A stretch of 64,000 nt of DNA from the NCBI GenBank assembly GCA_044224495.1, contig JBGAKG010000005.1, forward strand, positions 44,711-108,710. The letters are read 5' to 3'. The notes beneath the pieces are model-generated. The model had not been told where the DNA came from, did no database searches, and worked only from the letters and a program-made list of their open reading frames with translations. Numbering within the stretch: the first letter of the stretch is position 1; each line of letters starts with the position of its first letter. Positions 1-9,200 of this stretch are shown piece after piece. The translations under genes and the position numbers were made by a program. Origin of the DNA: Polyangiaceae bacterium (GTDB lineage: Bacteria; Myxococcota_A; Polyangia; Polyangiales; Polyangiaceae).

Positions 1-647
1 TCGTCGTGATCGAGGTTGTTGACGAGGATCTGGAGCGGCGCGGTCGGGTCACCCGGCGCCGGCGGCACGGTCTTGAGGATCAGATCGAAGAGCGGCTCGA
101 GGTTGACCGAGGCGTCCTCGAGCTTGTTCTTCGCGATGCCTTGCTTGCCGATCGCGTAGATGACGGGGAAGTCGACCTGGTCGTCGGTCGCACCGAGATC
201 GCAGAAGAGGTCGAAGACCTCGTTCAGGACGTCGGTCGGGCGAGCGTCGGCGCGGTCGATTTTGTTGATGACTACGATGACGGGGAACCCGAGCTCCAAG
301 CACTTGCGGAGCACGAAGCGGGTCTGGGGGAGCGGCCCCTCGGCGGCGTCGACGAGAAGGAGCGCGCCGTCCGCCATGAGCAGCGTGCGCTCGACCTCAC
401 CACCGAAGTCGGCGTGGCCGGGGGTGTCGACGATGTTGATCTTGGTGCCCTTCCACCGGACGCTCGTGTTCTTCGCGAGGATGGTGATTCCGCGCTCGCG
501 CTCGAGGTCGTTGGAGTCCATGACGCGGTCGGCGACGACCTCGTTCTCGCGGAAGGTCCCCGCTTGGCGGAGCATGTGGTCGACGAGCGTCGTCTTCCCG
601 TGGTCGACGTGAGCGACGATCGCGACGTTGCGGAGAGCCTGGGCCAT
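1..647 (-). CDS. typA: Translational GTPase TypA/BipA, N-terminal part; gene continues past window start
   Basis: Minus-strand translation from ATG (comp 645-647) reads [23 protein letters not shown]...[14 protein letters not shown]...NKIDR, i.e. G1/G3/G4 motifs of the EF-G/BipA family. C-terminus lies beyond coordinate 1. Confidence 0.85.
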   Translation of the reverse strand, partial: MAQALRNVAIVAHVDHGKTTLVDHMLRQAGTFRENEVVADRVMDSNDLERERGITILAKNTSVRWKGTKINIVDTPGHADFGGEVERTLLMADGALLLVDAAEGPLPQTRFVLRKCLELGFPVIVVINKIDRADARPTDVLNEVFDLFCDLGATDDQVDFPVIYAIGKQGIAKNKLEDASVNLEPLFDLILKTVPPAPGDPTAPLQILVNNLDHD

Positions 648-722
648 GATGTTCGGGCGCTCTATTAGCCGCCAGGGGCCCGCCGCGCAAGCAGTCGCGA
701 CTGCGACGCGCGAACCCGCCCG

Positions 723-3700
723 TCAGCGCACGCCGAGTCGGCCGCGCGCATCCATGTACGCATCGGCCAGGGTGAAGGCGAACACGTCCTTCACTTCGGC
801 GTTGCGGCTGAGGAAGGAAACGCGCTCCTGCTCGGTCGCGGGAGCGCCGGAGACCTTCGGCCCGCTCGCCCAGGCGAGCGCATCCAAGGCTGCGCTGGGC
901 TCGCCGACGGCGAGCAGCGCCGTGCGGTTCGCGATCGAGAGCACGGCCGCGCCGAGGGCGGCAATCTGGGGCCCGACGCCGCCGATGACCTCGAGCGCCA
1001 TGGCGCCGAGATCGGGATCGAGCTGGCGCGGCATGCCGGCCGCGAGGCGCCGGCCCGCCTCGGCCAGGGGGCCTGGCGCGATGCCTTGGGGGGACCAGTT
1101 CGGGACGAACGCCTTGAGCCAGGCGCCGACGAGCACGGGGAGGTCGCCCGGCGGGAGCCGCGCGAACGCCGAACCGTGGAGCTGGAGCAGCTTCACGCCG
1201 CGCGTGATGAGGAACGCGCGGGCGACCTCGCGGGGCTCGTTCACGAGCTCCTCGCCGAGGACGAGGATGGGGCTGGGCGAGGCACCCGGCACGCACGCTC
1301 GACCGAGCTGGGGGCTCACGAAGAGCTGGAGGTTCGGCACGCCGGCGGCCTGCGCCAGCCCGATCGCGAGGCGCGCGGCGGGCTCCGTGGGCGGGTAGGG
1401 GTTCGCCCGGAGCGTGCGCGGATCGAGCGGGACGGCGGCGTCGAGGGCGCTTCCGGTTCGCGTGAGGAGGGCTCGTGCCGCGGCGGTGAGCAGCTCCGGG
1501 GCGAGCAAGTCGTCGAGCCGTGGGTCGAGCGCTCGCGCTTCGCCCCCGCGCATGAGCTGGTCGCGCGACGGGGTCTCGTTCTTGAGCGCGGCGAGGGAGG
1601 CGCGGACCACCTTGCCCGCGTCCTCCTTGTTCCGGAGCTCGTAGACGGTCTGCATCGTCTCGAAGAGCGCCGCGTTGATGCGGCCCGCCGCGAGCGCACG
1701 GCGAGCGTCGCCGGCCGCGCGATCGAGGAGGATGTTGACCGCCGGCGCCTGCTTCTGGCGGACGTAGTACTCCGCCAGCGCGCGGAGCGCGGCGACGTCG
1801 CTCGGGAACTCGCGCCGAGCAGCCTCGAGCGTCTGCTCGGCCTTGCGGAGATCGTGCGAGACGTACTCGTAGATCGCCGCGAGCTCGACGAGCCGCTTCT
1901 GCTTGGTCTTCGAGTCCGGAGCCCGCTTGATGAGGTCCTGCTGGGCCTCGAGCGCGCGCGCGGGATCGTTCTGGCGCTTGTAGACGTCGACGAGCTGCTC
2001 GCGGACCTGAATCTCGTCCGGGGCGCGCTTCAGCACCTCCTGGAACGCGACCTCGGCGCGGGAGTAGTTCGCGAGCTGCTCCGCGTACAGCGCCCCGAGG
2101 CGCCGGTAGATCGCGAGCTGCTCCTCGGGCTGCGGCAGGAGGCGGACGAGCCGCACCCACGCCTGCTCCGCGCCTTCCCAGTCCTTCTCTTGGAACGCGA
2201 GGTCCGCGGCAGCGCCGAGCGCGCCGACGTGGTCGGGCTTGATCGCGAGGGCGGCCTCGTAGGCCTCCTTCGCCGCGCCCGGATCGCCGATCTCGGCGAG
2301 CACGCGGCCGCGGTCGACCTCGAGATCGACGCGCTCCTCCGGATCGAGGACGGTGCCGATGCGACGCTCGAGGAGCGACGCGAGCTCGGTCCGTGCGCCG
2401 CGCTTCGCGTAGAGGCGCGAGAGGCGCGGGAAGACGTCCTTGTAGGTCACGTTCGCCGACGCGACCTGCTCGAGCGCCGCGACGGCGCGCTCTTCGTCGC
2501 CGGCCTCGGTCCACGCGATCGCAGCACCGTAGTACGCGTCGACGCGGTGCTCCTCGACGGTGGCCGTGCGCGCGACGGACTCGAGCGCTTCGGCGGCGGG
2601 ACCGTGCTCGCCCGCGGCGAGGTGGACCTCCGAGAGGAGGCGCCACGCGCGCGTGTCGGCGGCGTCCTCGGTGGTCGCGCGAAGGATGTACGCCTTCGCT
2701 TCGTCGGGCCGGCCGAGCCGAGTGGCGGCTTCGGTGGCGCGGAGGAGCAGGGTCGCGAGCTCGCCCGGACGCGTGCAGCGCTCGATGAGGCTCTTCGTCG
2801 TCGCGAGCAGCGCTTCGTCGTCGTCCTTGGCGCGCGCGTGCGCGTTGCGGAGGCGGAGCGCCCAGAGCGACGGCACCTTCTCCGCGACCGCGAGCTCCGC
2901 GAGCGGCAGCGTGGCGTCCCACTGGTTGCCGTTCATGCGGAAGCGCGCGGCGATCTCGGCGTGGCTCAGCGCCTCGCCGCCGGTCCCCTTCAGGTACGTC
3001 GCGATCGCGGCGAGGATCGGCTCGAGCTCGTCGTCGCGCCGGCCGTCCATCAGGGCGTGCTCGACGTGGCGCAGGCTCGCGGCGTGGTCGGGCGTCTCCT
3101 CCAGGATCGTGCGGCGCCAGAGGAGCGCGCTCGCGGGATCGTTGCGCGCGTGGCGGTCGAGCTCGGCGAGGCGCTCGTAGGCTTCGCTCCGGGCGCGGAC
3201 GGAGCCGGCGCTGCGCGCCTCGGTCAAGAGCTCGTCCGCGAGGCGTGCGGCGTCGCCGGCGGCGACCTCGACGCGCTCGAGAGCGACGCGGGCGAGGGGA
3301 GCCATCGTGGTGGGCTCGCCGATCTGGCGGATGGCGGCGAGCGCCGCTTCGGGCTGCTCCTGGCGCTCGTAGTCCCAGGCGGCTTCCAGCAGGAGCAGGC
3401 TCTTGGCGCTGCCGGTCGCGGCGGCGGCGCGGCTGGCGCGCCACTCGGCGCGATCGGTCGGCGGCGTGGGCGAGATGCGCTCGAGCAGCTCGCGGACGGC
3501 GACGTCGTCCGGACGCGCGCGCAGGGCCTCCTCGAGGAGCCCGGCGGCGAGGGTGGTGTCGGTGTCGGCGACGAGGAACGCCTCGCGGACTTGGTCGACG
3601 GCCTTCTCGATCGGATCGCTCGCGAGCGCGCTGCGCTCGCGCACGAGCTCGACGACGGCGTCGACGTCGGCCGCGCGGCGCGCCTCGCGCTCGGCGAGGA

Positions 3701-6248
3701 AGTTCGCGATCGGGAGCTGGGGCGCGGCCTTGGCGAGCGCGACGAGATCCTCTCGCCGCGCGGCGAGATCGCCGCTGCGGAGGATGATCTCGAGCCGCAG
3801 CACGGCGGCGCGGAGCGGATCGCCGCAGGCCTCGGCCACGCGCTCGAGCGCCACCGCGAGGGGGAGCTCGGGATCGGTCGCAGCCGCGGCGCGAGCAGCC
3901 GCTTCGTTCGTGGGATCGGCGGCGAGCGCCGAACCGTAAGCTGCCGCGGCGCGAGGAGCGAGCCCTGCACGCTCGGCGACGATGCCGGCGGCCAGGCTCG
4001 CTTGCGAGGTGTCGGACCAGCTCGCGAGGGCGGCGGAGACCTCTTCGATCCGACCGGCGGCGGCGGCTTCCTCGATCCGAGCCGCGCGGGCGAAGGACGG
4101 ATCGTGAGCGTCGAGCGCGTCGAGGCGGGTGGGGTCGAGCTTGCCGGCGGCCATGCCGCGCCCGACGCGGAGCGCGGCCTTCGTCGCGTCGTCGCCTTGG
4201 ATGGCGTCGAGGCGGACGTCGAGCGCGGCGGACGGATCCACGAGCGCGGCGCGGAGCGCGGGCGCGACGTCGTCGCCGAGCGCGGGCTTCACACCCGCGA
4301 GCGCGGAGAGGACGGCGCGCTCCTCTTCGTCGAAGCCTTCGCCGCCCGCGGCGGCGCGAAGCGAGTCGACGTCGCCCAGCTCCAGCGCGCGCGCGGCCAG
4401 CGCTCGTTGTGCGCGCGGATCGGTGGCGGCCAGACCCTGGAGCAGCGTGACGGCCTGCGCGCGAGTCGAGCTCTTGGTCGCGGCGAGCGCGGCGGCGAGC
4501 CAGTGCGCTCCCGGTTGGAGCGCGGGCGTTGCGCCGAGCTCTTGGAGCTGCGCGCACGCAGCGGTCGTGTCGTTGCGCTCCAACGCGACGCGGGCGCGGC
4601 GGAGCGCGCCCTCCGGCGAGGAGCCCCCCTCCTTGCGGTCGACCCCACGCAGCCCGAGAAGCGTCGACACGGCGTGGGCGACCTCGGTCAGGTGCGGTGC
4701 ATCGGGCACGCGGAGCGTCGCGGACGGAGGACCGTCCTGCGCGAGGCCCCGCGCCGCGCGCTGGACCACGACGCGCGCGTCGTTCGGCGCGAACCGCGCC
4801 GCTTGCTCGAGGCGCTTCGACGTGGCCTCGTCGTCCCCCGTCCGCGCGATGAGGTCGGCGGCCAGGAGGGCGTCGTGGAGCTTCGCCAGCGGCGGCAGCG
4901 CGAGCTTCGCCTCGGCGTCGAGGCGTGGAACGAGCGTGTCGGCCTCGAAGGGAACGAACGCGCGCGCTTGGCGGTGCGCGAACGCGAGCGACGGGTTCGC
5001 CTCCAGCGCTTCGCCGGCGAGGCGCTCGGCCTCGTCGCGCTGTCCGAGGATGGCGCGGAGCTCGCTCGCGGCGAGCAGGCAGCGCGCGCGCCCGGACTTG
5101 TCGAGCATGTTCTGGGCTTCTTCCTCGAACATCGTCGCGCGCGCTTCGAACGAGGGGCGCGCTTCGTCGGGGAGCCAATCGTTCGCGGGCTTCTCGTCCT
5201 CGAAGACGACGGCGCCGCGGAGCTCGCTCGGACCGGGCGCCGGCGCGGGGGCGACGACTTCGGGCTCGCGCACGGACTCGTGGGCGATGTCGGCGGCGGC
5301 TTCGATCGGTGCATCGAGCAGGGCCGCGAGCTCGGCGTCCTCGTCGGCGAGCGCCGGCGCGGAGAGCAGCTCGTCGGAGCGGACGAGCTCGGCTTCCTCG
5401 GACGCGATGCGCTCGCGCGCGGGCGGGAGCTCCTCGATCGCGGGCGCGGACGGTGCGGGCGGCGGCGGGGCGGCCGGGCGCGGCGGCATGGCCGGGCGAC
5501 CGGCGGCGGGCGGCGGCGGGGGCGGCGGTGCCGCCTGCTCGCGAGCGGCCTCGATCTTCGCGCGGAGGGACGAGAGATCGGCCACGCTCGTCGCGGCGTC
5601 GCTGTCGTCGTCGGGAGGTGGGGGCGGCGGGAAGCGCGTGGGCTGGTCGTTCTTCACCGGCTCCGGCGCCGGGTCCTGGAACGGATCGAAGAGCGCGCCA
5701 TCGGGCACGTGCGGTTCGACGTCGAGCGTGGCGAGCTGCGGGCGCACGCTCTGGCGAGGCGCCCCTTCGGCGCCGACGTCGATCGCGCTCGTCACCACCG
5801 CTTCGTCGTCTTCGTCGCTCCCGCTCGTGCGGCGCGGTCCGGGCTCGTCGAAGAGCACGTCCAGCGCTTCGTCGTCGCTCGAGGGTGCGGGGCGCGCGGG
5901 GGCGGACGACTCGCCGCGGCCGAAGAGCTGCCCGAGCCCACCGCGCTTGCGCGGGATGGCGGGCGGCTTCGCGATCGGCTTCGGCGGCGAGACGCGCGCC
6001 TGCTCGAGCAGGTGCGAGGCCGTCGGATCGAGCGTCTCCTGCGGAGGACGATAGAGGGCGGGCTGCTTGGCGCCGGGCGGGACGGGCGGAGGGGGCTTCG
6101 CCGCCGCGGGCTTCGGGCTCTTGCCCTCTTCCTCTTTCTCTTTCTTCTCCTTCGCGAGATCGGGCTCGAACGGCTTCTTGTCCCACTCGGAGAGAGCCGC
6201 ATCCCAGTCGAAATCGTCGAGCGGAGACTTGGTGCCGTCGTCGGTCAT
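723..6248 (-). CDS. Giant TPR-repeat protein (1841 aa) with Pro-rich acidic N-terminal region
   Basis: Single ORF with protein-like composition and GC3 bias. N-terminal about 350 aa low-complexity (PPPPPP runs, DE clusters), then several hundred aa of TPR-like helical repeats, then a non-TPR C-terminal domain. Start ATG overlaps stop of upstream gene (ATGA at 6245-6248). Confidence 0.75.
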   Translation of the reverse strand: MTDDGTKSPLDDFDWDAALSEWDKKPFEPDLAKEKKEKEEEGKSPKPAAAKPPPPVPPGAKQPALYRPPQETLDPTASHLLEQARVSPPKPIAKPPAIPRKRGGLGQLFGRGESSAPARPAPSSDDEALDVLFDEPGPRRTSGSDEDDEAVVTSAIDVGAEGAPRQSVRPQLATLDVEPHVPDGALFDPFQDPAPEPVKNDQPTRFPPPPPPDDDSDAATSVADLSSLRAKIEAAREQAAPPPPPPPAAGRPAMPPRPAAPPPPAPSAPAIEELPPARERIASEEAELVRSDELLSAPALADEDAELAALLDAPIEAAADIAHESVREPEVVAPAPAPGPSELRGAVVFEDEKPANDWLPDEARPSFEARATMFEEEAQNMLDKSGRARCLLAASELRAILGQRDEAERLAGEALEANPSLAFAHRQARAFVPFEADTLVPRLDAEAKLALPPLAKLHDALLAADLIARTGDDEATSKRLEQAARFAPNDARVVVQRAARGLAQDGPPSATLRVPDAPHLTEVAHAVSTLLGLRGVDRKEGGSSPEGALRRARVALERNDTTAACAQLQELGATPALQPGAHWLAAALAATKSSTRAQAVTLLQGLAATDPRAQRALAARALELGDVDSLRAAAGGEGFDEEERAVLSALAGVKPALGDDVAPALRAALVDPSAALDVRLDAIQGDDATKAALRVGRGMAAGKLDPTRLDALDAHDPSFARAARIEEAAAAGRIEEVSAALASWSDTSQASLAAGIVAERAGLAPRAAAAYGSALAADPTNEAAARAAAATDPELPLAVALERVAEACGDPLRAAVLRLEIILRSGDLAARREDLVALAKAAPQLPIANFLAEREARRAADVDAVVELVRERSALASDPIEKAVDQVREAFLVADTDTTLAAGLLEEALRARPDDVAVRELLERISPTPPTDRAEWRASRAAAATGSAKSLLLLEAAWDYERQEQPEAALAAIRQIGEPTTMAPLARVALERVEVAAGDAARLADELLTEARSAGSVRARSEAYERLAELDRHARNDPASALLWRRTILEETPDHAASLRHVEHALMDGRRDDELEPILAAIATYLKGTGGEALSHAEIAARFRMNGNQWDATLPLAELAVAEKVPSLWALRLRNAHARAKDDDEALLATTKSLIERCTRPGELATLLLRATEAATRLGRPDEAKAYILRATTEDAADTRAWRLLSEVHLAAGEHGPAAEALESVARTATVEEHRVDAYYGAAIAWTEAGDEERAVAALEQVASANVTYKDVFPRLSRLYAKRGARTELASLLERRIGTVLDPEERVDLEVDRGRVLAEIGDPGAAKEAYEAALAIKPDHVGALGAAADLAFQEKDWEGAEQAWVRLVRLLPQPEEQLAIYRRLGALYAEQLANYSRAEVAFQEVLKRAPDEIQVREQLVDVYKRQNDPARALEAQQDLIKRAPDSKTKQKRLVELAAIYEYVSHDLRKAEQTLEAARREFPSDVAALRALAEYYVRQKQAPAVNILLDRAAGDARRALAAGRINAALFETMQTVYELRNKEDAGKVVRASLAALKNETPSRDQLMRGGEARALDPRLDDLLAPELLTAAARALLTRTGSALDAAVPLDPRTLRANPYPPTEPAARLAIGLAQAAGVPNLQLFVSPQLGRACVPGASPSPILVLGEELVNEPREVARAFLITRGVKLLQLHGSAFARLPPGDLPVLVGAWLKAFVPNWSPQGIAPGPLAEAGRRLAAGMPRQLDPDLGAMALEVIGGVGPQIAALGAAVLSIANRTALLAVGEPSAALDALAWASGPKVSGAPATEQERVSFLSRNAEVKDVFAFTLADAYMDARGRLGVR

Positions 6249-9200
6249 GGCGCCTCCAAGCCGAGGGCGCGGCGCGCGTCGGAGAACGCACCGGAGAGGT
6301 TGAACTTGGCGAGCGCGGCGATCCTCGGATCACCGGGCCCGGCGGGCGGAACGAGCTCGCTCGCGACGACGGGGAGCTCCCCGGCGGCGACGAGCGCGAC
6401 GCGTGCGTGCGACATCAGTGCTGCCCGCGCGAACATCTTCGCGTCGGGGTTCTGCTGGGCGACCACCGCGCACGTCTCGCGGATGGCGTTCTTGGTCTTG
6501 CGCGAGATCGCCTTGTTGACCAGCTTCTCGACCTCGGCCAGCACCGCGTAGGGCGGAGCTTGGATGGGGACGTCGACGATGCGACACGCGGCGACGACGA
6601 TCGCGGCGACCGTCGTCTCGTCGCGCGAGCGGAGCACCGTCGTGCCGCGCGCGAGCGCGAAGAGCTCGCGCGCGAACTTCCCGCGCGTGGCCGGATCGAA
6701 CGGAGCGCGGATGCCGGGACCCACGACGATCGCGGGCTCTTCACCGGCGATGCCCTGGACGCCGAGCGGGTCCTTCCCGCCGACGTAGAGCTGGACCTCC
6801 GCGTGGCCGAGCGCTCCCGCCCACGCTGCGTGCTCGTTGTAGAGCGGCAGGCCCGAGCGCGGGTCGACGCGATCGCGGCGGCCGACGCCGAGCGCGTCGC
6901 GCGACGGACCGATGGCCTCGCCGAGCGTGGGACCGAGGAGCTGGAAGAGCGCCGCGAGCGGGCCGTCGTCGCCGGGAGCGAGGAGGAGCTTCAGCGTGAG
7001 CGGCGTGACCGCGGTCTGCGGCACGAGCCGCCCGCGCTGCGAGCGAATGCGCGTCTGCGCGTCGTCGAGCGCCACCGTGCGGATGCCGAGCGTGGACGCG
7101 ACACCGAGCGCCGCCTCTTGGAGCGGAACGTTGCCGAGCGCTTGGGCGATCCACGAGAGGCGCGCGGCGCTCTCGCCGTCCATCGGGTTCTGCCCGAGCG
7201 TGGCGAGGATGGCCGTCTGCGCGGCGGCGAGCAGGCGCTTTCGCTCGGGCGACTGGATCCCGAGGAGCACGTCGACGGCTTCTCCGTCGCCGGGGGCCTC
7301 TTCGAGCAGCTTGACGACGGCCTTCTCCGCGCGCTGCGGCGCGGCGAGCTTGTCGCGGTAGATCGTGATCGCGAGGCGCGCCGCATCGACGCGCCCGTCG
7401 CGCTCGGGCCGCTCGACCATGAGCTCCTCGAGGATCGAGACTGCTTCCTCCCACGACTTCGTGCGCGCGGCGGACTTCGCGAGGCGCTCGCGGACGGGGA
7501 GGGTGGTGAGCTTCGCCTTGTGGAGGAGCAAGAGGACCTCGAGCGCGCGCTTCGGCTGCTCGAGCTTGTTCTCGAAGAGGTCGACCGCCGCGACGCCCGC
7601 GGTGATGCGGTTCTTCGGCGGCGCCGAGTCGAGCGACGCGAGCCGGGCGAGGCGCTCCGCAGCGTCGGCGAACTTGCCTTGGCGGATCGAGATCTCGCCG
7701 CTCAGCGCGAGCGCGCCGACGTGATCGGGCTCGATCATGACGACGTTCTCGAGCGCGTTGAGCGCGCCATCGGTGTCGCCCCGCTCGCGGAGCACGCGGG
7801 CTTGCTCCCAGTAGAGCTTGCCGACCTCGGGCGGGTCGTCGGTGTTCTCGAGGCGGCGCGCGATGAGCTGGAGCAGCTTCTCGCCGTCCTTGCGCTCGCG
7901 GACGCGACGGAAGAGGCGATCGAACGCGGTCGTCCGCTTCGGGTCGCGCTCGAACGCGGCCTCGAAGGCGGTGTCGGCGGCGTCGTCCTGGCCGATGCCG
8001 AGGTAGACGAGCGCGGCTTCCTCGAGGAACGCGGCGCCGCGGTGCGAGTCGCCGGCCATCTCGCCGAGGTGGGCGGCGGCGGCCGCGTGGAGCTCCGGTT
8101 GGCTGCCGAGCTCGGCCGCCGCACGGAGGCCTTCCCAGGCGGCGAAGTCGTCCGGCCGCGCTTGGGCGACCGCTTGGAACACCTCGATCGCGCCCTCGAG
8201 ATCGCCGGCGACGAGGAGTGACCAACCGCCGAGCCCCAGTGCGTCCGCTTGGGCGGCCTCGCCCAACGCGTCACCGAGGTTGCAGAGCGCCGTCGCGCGG
8301 CGGCGCGGATCGGACCCGGGCGGCGCGACCTCGAGGTTGGCGAGGCGCACGGCGGCGCCGTCCCCGTCGAGGAGCGGCGTGGTGATCGGTCCGCCTTCCT
8401 CGCGGATGCGGTCCAGCACGACGGCGCTCGCGGCGAGCTGCTCGCGCGCTTCGCCCGACACCTGCTCGGCGAGCGCGCGACGCGCGGCGACGTCGTCGCC
8501 GAGCTCGCGCGTCTCGGCTGCCGCGACGATCCACGCGAAGGCAGCGGGGGCGCCGCCACCGACGTCGACCCAAGCGCGCGCTGCTTGCGAGCGCGCCTCG
8601 GGATCGAGCGTCTGCGCGCGGCGGAGTCGCTCCGCGGCGGCGAGCTCGGGTGCGCCCTGCGACGCGATCACGTCGAGGGCGACCTCGACGGCCGCCGGGT
8701 CCGGGTTCGTCTCGGGGATGACGAGCCGCGCGAGCGCGGCCGACACGGCGAGCGCGCCGCCCTCGGGCTCGCGCTCGAGCGCACGGAGGACCTCTTCGGC
8801 GTCCCCACCTTGGCCGGCGGCGAGCTCGGTGGCGAGACGCTCGAGATCGAGGACGCGAGCATCTCCACCGCCGTCGCGCGCTCGCTCGATCGCGAGCCGG
8901 CGACCCTCGACGGCGTCCGCGTCGATCGCGCGTCCGGCCCAGCCGAGGACCATCTTGGCCGCGCGTCCGGACGGGCCTTCGCCGCGCTCGGCGGCGATCA
9001 GGAAGGCTTGGAGCGCTCCGGCCTTGTCGCCCGCGGCCCAACGCGCGAAGCCCGCTTCGAGCGCGAGCGCGCACGCGACGACCGCATCGCCGGTCGCCTG
9101 CGCGAACGACTCGAGGACGTTGGCGGCGGCCTGCGCGTCGCCCGAGGCGCGATCGAGATCGGCGAGGAACGCGGCGACGATCGCGTCGTCCTTTCGTTCG

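Noticed and set aside
397-6333. 1978-aa minus-strand ORF and the 1821-aa plus-strand ORF 1086..6551 (also 1316..1699, 2560..3180, 3224..3970, 4129..6054, 4925..8221 etc.)
   Set aside because: Extreme Arg/Gly/Ala/Pro/Ser low-complexity composition typical of off-frame or antisense reading of 70%-GC DNA. They overlap the well-formed TPR protein frames.
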